Shown piece by piece: positions 49,629 through 61,412 of a stretch of 64,000 nucleotides of DNA. The notes under the pieces are model-generated. The model made no database searches, was not told the DNA's origin, and worked only from the letters and a program-made list of their open reading frames with translations. Each line of letters starts with the position of its first letter. The first letter of the stretch is position 1. This stretch comes from Blasia pusilla (taxonomy: Eukaryota), in the NCBI GenBank assembly GCA_050084515.1, contig CM114271.1, positions 14,136,001 to 14,200,000 of the forward strand, written 5' to 3'. Made by a program: the position numbers and the translations under genes.

Positions 49629-52600
49629 AAGGGCTTAGAATCATGGAGGAGATGAACTCAGCCTCGGGTTTAGAGAAATTACCTTATATCTATTGGAGCG
49701 GAGACCTTGCTGTGGAACCAATTGTGGCTTTCAATTTTAAAGCTCAATGTGTGTATTGTAAAGAGATTATCCACTTAGCCCCTATGCATAAGAACTTGAA
49801 GACAAACCTGGAGCAGCATGTAACGAGCAAGTTCCATATGAGAGGTGTGGAACTGAGTAGAGCAAATTCTTGTGCATCTCTAAGGACAGGAAAGGCAGGC
49901 GGACCAGTAAAGCCTTATGATAGAGACACTAAGCCCAATAATGCCCTTAAGAGGTGGCTGGTGAAGTGTTCTCGGCCTGGGGGGTCTCAACATGGCGGAG
50001 GTTCTGAAGGTGAGGCTTCACATAATGAAAATCTTGTCGACTTTCCGTTATCTCAATTGTGTTGGGGTTATTGGAGAGACACTATGGAGGTCTCTGGGAT
50101 TCAGAAACAAGTAAAGCCAATTTTGCATGATCAGAAGGGAGGCAAAACATGGGAACCACATTCCAGAGGTAGGAAGAGGGTGTTCAACCCCACATCTGAG
50201 TGTTGGGTGGACATAAGGGGTTTGCTCAGACCAATTAATTGTTTGCATGTTAGTAGATTGGGAGGTGGTTTTAAGCATCTCACTTGTGATGAGTGCTTCA
50301 AGCTAACTAAAGAGGGTGATTTTAGGATGAGAGTTGACAGAGAAGACAAGACTTGGACTCGATGAGGGACAAGATCGACCTTGATGTGCATAAGATTGGA
50401 CTATCTCACAAAGCTTGAGCTGCGGTTGCAAGCTCGTACTTATGCTCGTGAGAGGAGAACATTGCTCTTGATCAATTTTGGCTTGAGAAAGAGGGTATGT
50501 GCACTCCAGACGAAGAAACATAAACTAGACTTCCTGTTAGATCGGGCACCTGATAGGAAAGATTTGCTTTCTTTCCTTCAAAACATTACAGTGGCACATA
50601 GGAGTGGATCCTTTGGAAGACGAGAAGCCCTTTGGGACTATCTCCAAGATCTAGGAAAAAATCTGAATAGGAAAGAGAAGGGGCACAGATTTTCAAAAAG
50701 AACAAAAGCCATTGCCCATGCACTTTTGCAATTTGGCGGTTGACCTGTAGCAAGATGCCTAGCGTTGAACCTTATGGGCCCAAGTTTAAGTACATTAAAA
50801 AGAGAAAGGAGAAAGTTTGTTCCCTTTCGATGCAGCATTAGATTAGAGGTGTTTAAAGAAGTGGGACGGATACTGATTGCAGTAAAGGAGAGAAATGGTA
50901 TCACTAGGGATGTCCCTGTGGTGTTTGCTGAAGACGAAACCAGGGTGAAAGGTCGTGTGAGGTATTTTCTTAATCACATGCTTTTACATTGAACTATTTG
51001 ATGTCTTGAATGGTAGAGCATACCTTGTTTTTGAAGTTGCTTTGTACTGCCTTTTGAAGAAAATCTTAGGTTTCTTTTTCTCCTTGTGGTAGGTGGGAAT
51101 CGAAGTGGGATACTCTGTTGGGTTTTTGTGGTCCGTCTGAAAACCATCAATGTAGTTTAGGCTTGGAAATTGTGGTTGGAGAGGGAGATGAGGGATATGA
51201 GAAAATCATGTCCACATTTGAGAGTAATATAATTGGTGTTTATGCTTGTGTAATTGTTGTAAGCCCTCTACAAGAAAAACTTCCCAAACTAGTTATTTAT
51301 GCCACGTGCACATGTAATGGATTTACAGTTGCTTGGGAAAGGTCTGAGTGGGAGGATATGAAAACCATGTGGGATGCATATTGTAGGGAATTGGTAGGCT
51401 CTATTATTGGGAATGCTTCTGATGGTGATGCACAAAGGCGTAAGCTTACGCTTGAAGATTATATGAGTAGAGTACTATATAGGGATCACCCTCGTAAGGG
51501 TCTGAATTGGGCAGGGTGGGGATTCACAATACATGAATAACCTAATGGGGATTATGGAGGGTTTTGTGATCAAGATCCTCCTCATTGTGGGAAGAAATTT
51601 TTGAACCCATTAGATAGAGCAAACCATCCAATTATGTTAGGTCCTTACATAGCGTCTTTAGAACAAGTACAACTGGTGTACAACCTTTATCCTAACAAGC
51701 AACATCATCTAACATTTGATGATACAAAAAGAAGGGATAGACAGAATTGGGCCTCTGCACAGAGAGTTGCCAGTAGAGGAGTGCAAGCTTGTCTTCATGA
51801 CTTGCAAACAGGTGATGATGCTCTACAGGAGAGAACTTTGGGTACAGAGATATACCTATCAATTTTTGCTAATTACATCGATGTTTTTTTCTCCCATGAT
51901 TGTGTGAAACATGATTTGTGGACTCGAATCATGCTCTGTTCAAAAATCACATCATTCCTACGACTACGGAGTTTGTGGTTGAAGTTACGTAGTGATACAT
52001 ATTCTGAAAAGAACATGATTAGTCTGCAAGCGTTTCATGATGTGAATATGTCATGTCACTATGCTATGCAACTAATTTTCCTCTTTAGAGAAAAATATCC
52101 CTTGCTTCATGTTCCTCTTCATCTAACAAGATCAGATTGTTGTGAAATCTTCTTTTCTAAAGTTGGAGGGATGGCGGATCATGAGCGGAATTATGATTTT
52201 GGAGTTCTGATGGATTCCGTCTCAGGTTTAAATAGAATTTTTGTATTAGAGTATAGTGTAGAAGGGTTGAAATTGGGAAGGGCTCACAAGAAAATGGAGC
52301 ATATTTGGCATGACTTACATCCTCTCCTTCCATGCCAATTACCAATAATTTTGGAGGATTAAAACAGTATTGCCACAGATGACCTTGTTGTGGATGCCTT
52401 GAAGCCGGGTTTGTGGGAGGCTCAAAATATTTGCATAAGATAAGAGATGAATCCACATACATCAGAGATTGATAAAAGGTGGTGGAATACACCTTGGGTG
52501 ATAGAAACCCAAATCTGGAAGAAATATGTCATTTCCATCTAGACCATGGAAATTGATCATGATGAAGAGGCGGAACCAGAAGATGACGTTACACCTCTTG

Positions 52601-55399
52601 AGGATTCAAACCTTGGGAGATCAAGATTTCCTCCACCGACTCAAGATGGAAATGGAGACGACTTGGACCTCATTGATAATGCATTGTGGAACATGAATGA
52701 TACTAGTCATACTTTACCTGGAGATGATGATATGCTAGATGATGGATTGAATGATATATATGTTGTTGGGAATGAAGTTGATAATGTTTTTGAGGAATTC
52801 ATATCTTCAGAACTTCATGGTAGGTAGGAGAGAATCAACAAAGTAACTCCTATAGTTACATTTGAGGGGAGTTAGATATAAAAGTCTAGTCTTATGAGTC
52901 TACTTGTGGAAAATCCTTCTCCTTCAAGAGATAGATTGAAGGAGAAGGTCTAGCATTTAAGGGAAGGCGAGGGAATCTATTCATTGGAATAGTTTCATGG
53001 AGAATAGAGATGATAAAAGAGAGAAGATAATTATCGATATTGGTTCTGATATTGTTGTTGTATTTGCATCATGTCCAACTGTTCTTCAACCATGTAGGTC
53101 CACTCGAGCATCATTAGCTGCTAACAAAGGAAGAGGAAAAGGAAAAGGAAAAGGGAAAACATCAAGGCCTAAAGACATTAACGAGGCATCTATTTTGAGT
53201 GGATGTGATCAAATCATTTGGATAGGAAGAGTTCAGAAAATTAGGAGGAAATATGGAGCCAAGTTTGCTCGATCTAGACGTGAAGTGGATTTGCTAAATG
53301 GACCTATCCCTCTGAATGAAGGTGGCCAATCTGTATCCCAAGTCATGTGTAATTGGTATAAGCCAGTAGGCAATAGCAAGAACAAGTTTAAATATAATGA
53401 GGTAGATACTAGATGGATTGATATTGAGATGGTAGTGAGCTTGGTGACCATGCAAGTTACATGCGGGGGTCTGGTGAAGACATGGACTTTAAATGAGAAT
53501 GATAGAAAGGTCCTTGAGAGATTTCTAGAGGAGCTACTGCATGGCTCGTCTTTCCACCAATGCACTAAACTCTTGAGGTAGATGGTTCAAAAACATGATC
53601 TTTTAGCATGGTCTCCGGTTCATGAAATAGGAAAAGACATCCATTCCTTTCCATCCAATAGTTGTTGTCTTGTAATACATGTCCTTTTGAACGTTGAACG
53701 CAACCAACACAATTCAATTGTAAGCTCCACAAATAGGGCATTGTGGGGCTTGCTATGGAATCTACTGCGATGCGATGATGGTAAATGATGGCTTGCAGGA
53801 TCACCTCATGTGACCATCTTTCTCTCTGATTCGATTTGTGGTCAATCGGTGAAAACAAGAGTTCTAATCTTTACATTGTAGCATCCGAACTTGATCATTG
53901 GGCACGAATCGAACAATCAACAGTTGACGAATTCATCACTTCAATGTTGATGCGAGCAATTTATCACTTTGAGGACCACTTCATCACTTTGAGAAGCATC
54001 TGGAGTGGAGCATCCTGATCCCGTAATCGAATTTCCGTGCGTGGTGAAACCAACGAGTGCAAATGGTGTGTGGTCCTAATCCAACTCTTTACCCTTTTAA
54101 TCCCGGGCATGTACCTACTTGTTACGGCCCCTACAAGATGTCCACTCCCAAGTGCATAGCCTGCAAGATGCAAGTTGTTATGCATGTTCTCTACCCTAGG
54201 ATATGAGTTTTTAATGGTAGGATGTTAGCATCCGTGCTAGTTTTAATTCTTTCATTAATACGCAATAGAATTGTATCCACAATGTTATTCCTAGTCCTTT
54301 TTAGCCGTCTCCCGAGTTCTCCGAGCCGTGTTACTCAAGAGTTCGATGTGTTTCTCCCTATCCTTACTGCCGTTTTCGTCCGAATTGGAATCCGAGTTAC
54401 TCGGTTATGTCCCGGTGTAGACATTACAAAACTCAAAACCCTGAAAAGGAGACGGATGGTTTCGAAGCTTCTAATCAAATTTCTGCGCAAGTCAAAACGC
54501 TGCAAGACGAATCATCAAGACTTGGGCAGTAGGTTCTCTTCGTCTTCGATAGGATTTCTGTCATTGTTGTGGATGGAGATGCCCGATTTCAGTTAGGGAG
54601 CCCAAGTAAGAAGTTCCATAAGTCCATGATTGGCACAGCTTACCTAAAGTGCCATCCGTCTTGCAAGACCAAGTGTGGGACCTTCGACTTAGGGTAGGTC
54701 CCCATGGGGTAAGTTTGAGGTCGTAGGGTCCCCCATCTCGGGGAATTTGATGGACCGAATACCAATCCCAACCCGCAAAAATCAATGCTCGGAAATTCCA
54801 CACAAAAATTCAGAAGACGATCATCGGATCGTCTTCGGGATTTTTGGGAGATATCTCTAAACCGATTTTGTAACCGGAATTGCTTGACCGCCTCCAACAG
54901 TACCCACGCGACGGACTCCACGGGACCGGGAGTGGGGTAAGGGGGTTAGGGCTTTCCGGAGTCCTACAGGCTATGAGTTGTGGTCCACTCCAGGGCAGCT
55001 GAGTCTCTCCTGCGAAACGAAACGAAGGGCTGGCGATGCACCAGCAGGAGCTGGAATTCAGAGGCCGCCATCGACCACAGACGTCAAGAGACTTTCGATC
55101 GCCACGCAAACGTGGGATCGTGTCGTGGGGCGGGTTCGTGGGAATGAGGTAGATTGCGTCCGCTAGGCGAAGCGGTGGAGTGAAGAACTGGCACTGCAGC
55201 ACTGGATCGCTTCCGTACGTTGCGGAAGGCTGATAGCGGGATGAAGTCCTGCTGCAGATGCGAAGCTTTGACAGCATTGCCAGGGTCTTCAGCTTCATCG
55301 GTGAACTCCCCGTTCTTCACAGGTGCGAGGCGGGACTCTCGCAGGATCTGGGCAGTGCTTGCGACAATTGCAAACGTTTATCCCAAAATCTGTGTCACG

Positions 55400-57722
55400 A
55401 TGGCTGGAAACGGAGTCGAAACACCTTCGCACGCGATGCCCAAGGCTATGAGCATACGCGAGATTGCAGAAGATTACATGAGTAAGGGAAGGGCGGAAAT
55501 CTCACCTAATGTCCATGTAGCCGCGGAAGAGCGCCCCACCGTAAGGTACAATGAGTACTCCTTGGATCTGCCAGTGATAGATCTCTCCCTCGCGGAGACG
55601 GACAGGTCCGCGCTTGTGAAGCAGGTGGGAGAAGCGGCTACCACATGGGGATTCTTCCAAATTGTGAACCATGGCCTCTCGGAGGAAGTTTTGGGAGAAG
55701 TGGAAGCGGAAGGCCTGAAGTTCTTCAACCTGCCGCGCGAAGAGAAGCTGAAGATCAAGCAAGGGTATACGGACAACTCCACACTGGAAAAGGCATCGAG
55801 CCTGCATTGGGCCGAGGGCTGGATGACGAGTTACTCTCCCATCTCCAACATTGAGGTGGCAATCGCCAACGTCTTCCCCGATGGCAACCCCGCACTCAGG
55901 TTTGAAATCTCTCCACTCCATGAATTCGAGCCTCCGTTTAGAGACCGCTGGCGCTGGGGCTATGGCCGACCCTGCCACATTAGGAACACGTTTCCCTTTA
56001 GGTGCGCGCAAAAATCCAATCCCTTTCACTGGCAATAAATCCTCTTCATGGGGAGCGTCCAAGAGTGAGTTAAGTGGTAAGGGATTTAAGATCCTCTCCT
56101 AGAAGACTTGTGTACCTGGGGTGGGCGCTGCCCTGTGCTCACCCCAGGGAAGTGGCGGCCCTTATCTAGGACTTGGATGATCCGTGTTCGAGAGGAAGAA
56201 CGCTTTATCTATGCTCTCTGATGAAGAACTTGGGACAAGTTCAGGCCTTCATTAAATTGCAACTGATATTCGGACGCAACATCTGAGAAATTCGCAGAAG
56301 GGTCCCTTAGGCTTCGGGCGGACTAAAAATCTAACTCGTGTCTACATAACGACTTGAGTCTCCCTCTCCATCTGGCAGGAGCTTGTTGATTTAAGAGAGG
56401 TTCCTTATCGGGCACTATGGAAAATGATGTGAATTGGGTGCTCGTGCGTGCGTCCAGGGACGCGCTCAACAGATTCGCTTCTGCTTCGGAAACCTTGAAC
56501 GAACTGATTTTGGAGGTGCTGGCGGAGAATGTGGGCCTGGATAAAGACTTCTTTTCTAAGCACTTGAACGAGAAGAGAACGACAGTCATGAGGTGGAACT
56601 TCTATCCGGCCTGCCCTTGGCCCGAGGGAACTCTCGGAGCTAAAGGCCACACGGATGGGTCTTCTCTCACGGTTCTACAGCAGGACAAAGTGGGAGGATT
56701 GCAGATTTACCGAGATGGGGCCTGGCTGGGTGTCAAGCCACTGGAAGGTGCACTGGTAGTGAATGTCGGCGACGCTATGCATGTGAGTGTTCTCCTTTCG
56801 TCTCTCACTCCCCCCACTCCCTCTTTTCTCGCGCTCTTAGACTAGCAGACAGTAAACTCAAGCACCTCATCACTTCACTAATCGTCCCCAGCCCCTCTCA
56901 TGATCTATCTGATTCTCCCGCATGATCCAATTGGGGTCTAGATGGTAACGTCATGATCGAGCTCTGTCTGCGTGGTCACGATAGCCATGATCGCCAATCG
57001 TGAATGCGCCTGTACAATTCCCGGTGGCTACCCTCCATTTGTAGATTCGGTCGTCCTCGTAGTGAACATTTGCAATAACTGGCCACCTTTTCCCAATCTC
57101 CGCTGGATAGTAGGCTCTGCTGAGTTCGAGCAGCTCGGTGACAAAAGCACCCATCGGCAATTGGAGTCTCCCCCTCGGAATTGTTGGAATTTCAAAGTGA
57201 CGAACGTTGTGATGATCGCGTCGCACTGACTCCCAATAGTCAGGTAATTCCCCCGAATGCCACAAATGTTGCAAGGAGATTCCACTCCTCCTGAGTGAGT
57301 AACGTTGTCACGCGATGAAGACCACCGACACAGAGTTAAGCGTCGTGGTTGCTTGCTCGTCTGCAGAGAAGAGGTGAGTTCTTCCATCCTCCCTGATTCG
57401 CCACAAATCTGATGAATCCGCTCCTCGTGGTGCGTGGATCCCGCAGGCGTGGAGTAATGGCATCTACAAGAGCGTGTTGCACCGAGTTGTGCTCAACAAG
57501 GACGTAGACCGTCTCTCTCTCGCCTGTTTCCTCAATGTGGACGGCAGTCTTCTCATCTCAGCACCAGACCAGCTCATCACGGAAGATCGCCCTCGCCTGT
57601 ACAGACCCTTCGAGTTTCTTGATTATGTTCATCAAGTTGTCAATTTGAGGCTTGCCCAAGCTGAAGATCCTGATTCTGTGAGCAGTGGTCATGTTCTGGA
57701 CCTGCTCAGGATCGAGAACTGA
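55400..57722 (+). CDS. 2-oxoglutarate/Fe(II)-dependent dioxygenase (plant DOXC class), exons 55400-55899, 56458-56782, 57447-57722, 366 aa
   Basis: LPVIDLS, WGFFQIVNHG, NFYPACP, HTD, QDKVGGLQI, VVNVGD, WSNGIYKSVLHRV, RLS. GT-AG introns in phase; 500+325+276=1101 nt, open to the stop. Confidence 0.95.
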
Positions 57723-58027
57723 CAGGAAGTTGACCTTAGTGTCAGTTCTGGAGACACGCAAATGTAGAAGGCCCATGTAATTATTGACATACGGTGTACA
57801 TACTCTTTTCAGACTTCAAATTCACTGGCGATGGTCATGCGGTGAGAGCTGATTCTACTGCCCAACTTTCACAAGGGTGTAATTAGGGACCCATTCTGCC
57901 GAGACGATCGGCAAGTATGGTGTTTACTACCTCGCGTATGTATACGCTTTCCTATTTCAATAATCTAGCCGGTGCCCGTGCTAGTTTATCGGAATAGACC
58001 AGGACGAATGAAAGTAGACTTATCTGA

Positions 58028-58124
58028 TGTCAAAGGAGGTTAGGGGAGAACGTTAAGTGTTAGAGGACACAAAAGACACATGTCAAGGGAGGTTAGGGGA
58101 GAACGTTAAGTGTTAGAAGACACA
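58028..58124 (+). repeat. ~53-bp tandem duplication
   Basis: TGTCAA.GGAGGTTAGGGGAGAACGTTAAGTGTTAGA.GACACA at 58028 and 58081. Confidence 0.9.
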
Positions 58125-60062
58125 TATGTGTCCTCTAAAACTTAATGTCATAAGACACCCTTATGGGTGTCAAATGGGTTATGATTTTTATGATAATGGA
58201 TGACCTTTTGAAAAAATAATTCAAAAAAGACAAAAGTAACTTAATAGAATTTTGTTCCGAATCATATTAGATGTGTGATATTAGATATTAGATATTAGAT
58301 GTGTGATAATGAATTTGATGGCGGTAGGTGTATAGTACCATAAATAGTGGGACTATTAGGAAAAAATTGCATTTTTAAAAGAATTCCTACATGATAGGAA
58401 GGGAAAACGTTTTTAATTGTGAACCATGTACATTTTGTTTAAATTTTATTGAAGAGTGAAATTATGTATGGGACAAGATGTGGCATTCATTAGAAGAAAG
58501 ATTTTATTAAAAATTTTAAAACGAAAAATATATTTGAATTTTTAAATGAAAAATATTATTATCTAAAATAATAATCGTGGCAATTCATATCTAATATGGT
58601 GAAAAAATTTTAATTTGAATGGAAATTACGAATATATAGCATTCAAACTTTTATGGAAGAATGAAATTATTTAGAGATTTAAGATATTATGGAAAAATGA
58701 TATATTCTTATTTTTTAAAATTAAAAATAAACGAGTCAAAAGGAATGTCGTGCACAAAGTGAGGAGATTTGTCCTGAGTGGAAATGCGTTACAATAAAGC
58801 TCTACGAGTTTGCCCTAGCTTCGATTTGTGCCGCGTGCGCTATATCCTGATGTCTCACACGAAATCTATCTCTTGTTGCCCTTAGAGGGAGCAAACAATT
58901 TCTTATTGCCCGTAGGATAGGAAATATTTACACCACTAGGTGCCTTGAGGATGGTCAGGGCGAAAACATGAAAACAGAGCAACCACTTGAAGTAACCGCT
59001 TCACATCGTCCAGCAGACGATGCGCGGGCTCAGAGGTCCTGAAGTAGTGAGGGAAAGGGATACCAACCCAGCCAGGCCACGAAGGCGACTAGTCAGAACA
59101 CGATCCATAGTTTTTGAAATGTCTCGAGCAAATCCTCTCGCCGGCCTACCCGAAAGAATTGTTGGCAAAGCGACGCCATTTTTTTTGTTGCCCGGCTGCC
59201 ACATGTCAAGCAAAGAAATGATAGCAAATCAAGAAGGCAATCTCGAATAAAAAAAAATCTAAATGAAAAATTTCACTCTTTTAAAGAATTCTATTTTGCA
59301 ATATAAATAAAATCTCACTCCCCTAAATAGTCTCACCATTTCATAAAAGTTTAATAATACCTATTTAAAATAATTAAATATGAACGGATGACCCTCCACT
59401 CTTCTCACCAAAATAACTTTAATTAACTATATTATTAATTAACAAAAGTATTTCTCTCTTCCATTAAAGCTTATTTTAAAAATATGACTTAGGAATTAAA
59501 AGATAAAATTTAAAATAAATTATTTTGTTATTATGTGCCTTCTCTCGACAGATGGCCCTCTTAGTAATCCCTGATAAACCGCCCTCTAACCCATTAGGAT
59601 GGTTCGTCGGAGATTTTTCATATTTGAAAAAATGTCGATATTTGTATCCTCCTCTTTTTTCATCATTTGAACGGAGCGGTATTTCCCGAGCTATTCCCGG
59701 CGAATCGGAAGTTCGCAGTACACCAACGTGGATTGATGGATGGAAGTTGCAAACAGGTCCCGGACAGCCTCTTCCACGCAGCGTGAACCGTGATACACGG
59801 AGGCCCCGTCGGCTCTCACACTCGTGGAGGCTCCCTCCCTCTGAAGTCCGCACGCACAGCTTTCTCGAGCGGGCTCCATGTGCAGCAGCAATTGCCCAAA
59901 TCTCTCATGAGCCCACTAGATAGAAGTAGCACAAATCTCTCACGAAGCTCTGGGAAGAAGCGGGAATCTCTTAGAAGAGTTTGAGAAGCAGACGAGCGGA
60001 GTACGTCTACAGCTGCGAGTCGCAGCGGCGGAATCGCGCGGGGGAGGATCGCAGAATCGAGA

Positions 60063-61412
60063 ATGAGGAAAATCCTCCATAGCCTGAGAGCCGGCTTGAC
60101 CAGCGCGCCAGCGTCCCTCAGCAGCCCAGACGCCGGAGACCCGCGGACGCGCCGCAGCGCTGAGATCTCGAACTATGACATTGGGGATTGCAGGAGCTTG
60201 AAGGTGAGTGCGAGAAATGGTAACAGTAAGGGCGGAGGAGAGCTGCACACGAAACTGGATTCACTGCGGGCTCTCCGAGACGCTTCTTCGCGGCCATACG
60301 ATTGGGAAGAGAGTCATTTAGAGTGCGGGAGAGTCGCTTCGCGTGATCAGGCGCACGCGCTGAAGGCGCTAGCGGTGGCAACTTCGCAGTGCCAATTGAA
60401 CGGAACTACTCTAGACACGCAGCCACGGCGCATTCCTCCGAAATTGCACGCTCTCAGAGCCTCCATCGCCAGTGCGCCGGCCTCCCTGCACGGGAATCTG
60501 CACTCCATCTGCTACGAGTCGCTCTTCAGAAGCGGAGATATTAGCAGTCGTCGCCCGAGGCTGGACGCGCGCGCTCTGAGATTGAGGTCGAGGAATATTT
60601 CGAGCTCTGCGTGGCCACGAGCGTCGACGCAATCCGGAATTTCAAGCTCTCCCGACTGTCACAGGCCGCCTCGCAGCGGAAATCGGAGGCCTCCCCGTCC
60701 TCCGTATGCTTCTGTGGCTTCCAGAGGCGGCGTACGAAGTGCTCCCTCGTCGCAGTCCACCGTCTCTCACGATTCCTACCGATTGCAGGCCTCCCGCCTT
60801 CGTGGATCGAATTGGCAGATGGATCACGCCAGGCCTTTCATCGCTGCAACGTCCGCGCTCGCGAGGCCTGTATCCGCTCCTGCAGACCACCAATCGCAAG
60901 CGCAGCACTTCGGACAACAGCCTATGGTGGCACCTTCTCGCAGACGTCCCACCAAAGCGGTCTCGTTCAACTGCCAATCGCCTACACCCTCTCCTTACAA
61001 CTGCCGGATGAGCAATCGCGTTAGGAAATCCGGCCATCATTTGGCCTCCGGATCGCCCGCCCGCCGATTGGCAATGCAGGAAGAATTGAACGGGCCCCAG
61101 CAATTGCAGAGCTCCTCGAGAAAGGGGAGCACAAGCGGTGGTAGCTACGCAGCTCGAGCCCGAGCTCGAAATCCATCGATGCTCTTGCATCAAGACGCCC
61201 ATAGACTGGCGTGCGACATGGGGACGCTGGAGGAGGAACTCGCGGCCACGCAGGCGTGGTGTGCAAGGCTGGGCAGAAGCTTGCAGCACCAGAAGATGAT
61301 GCTGCGTCTCATCAAGAAGAGTAATAAGCGCCCGACTTCGCTAGGGAGTGCTGTTTTGAGTGACATAAAGACCTTAGCCAACCCCATGGCCAGACGACTC
61401 ATGCCCACGTGA
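60063..61412 (+). CDS. Hypothetical Ser/Arg/Ala-rich protein, 449 aa, with an internal repeat and a short C-terminal coiled coil
   Basis: 1350-nt intronless GC-rich ORF in AT-rich flanks; no recognised domain. Confidence 0.5.
   Translation: MRKILHSLRAGLTSAPASLSSPDAGDPRTRRSAEISNYDIGDCRSLKVSARNGNSKGGGELHTKLDSLRALRDASSRPYDWEESHLECGRVASRDQAHALKALAVATSQCQLNGTTLDTQPRRIPPKLHALRASIASAPASLHGNLHSICYESLFRSGDISSRRPRLDARALRLRSRNISSSAWPRASTQSGISSSPDCHRPPRSGNRRPPRPPYASVASRGGVRSAPSSQSTVSHDSYRLQASRLRGSNWQMDHARPFIAATSALARPVSAPADHQSQAQHFGQQPMVAPSRRRPTKAVSFNCQSPTPSPYNCRMSNRVRKSGHHLASGSPARRLAMQEELNGPQQLQSSSRKGSTSGGSYAARARARNPSMLLHQDAHRLACDMGTLEEELAATQAWCARLGRSLQHQKMMLRLIKKSNKRPTSLGSAVLSDIKTLANPMARRLMPT

Larger units (their letters stand above)
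43932..53581 (+). pseudogene. P-element-like DDE transposase pseudogene, split by Gypsy copy 3; one intron 50962-51092
   Basis: Removing 43961-49628 and one AAGG gives MDPRLAVEEGLRIMEEMNS. Then a CxxC..H..H finger, VVFAEDETRVK, W...D.L.GFC, IIGNASDGD, DQDPPHCGKKFLNPL, DRQN..SA, TRSDCCEIFFSKV, an acidic tract and a C-terminal domain. Several in-frame stops and at least one frameshift. Confidence 0.7.

Noticed and set aside
14907-54792. TIR pair for the P-like element (CATAGCATTGATT at 14907 / AATCAATGCTCGG ending 54792)
   Set aside because: 11/13 match, but the mismatches are near the tip and the flanks (GGAGAATA vs AAATTCCA) show no TSD, so the boundaries are left undefined.
55220-56038. 272-aa ORF as the complete 2OGD N-terminus
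   Set aside because: It has a TTG start and reads through into intron 1; the supported exon is 55400-55899.
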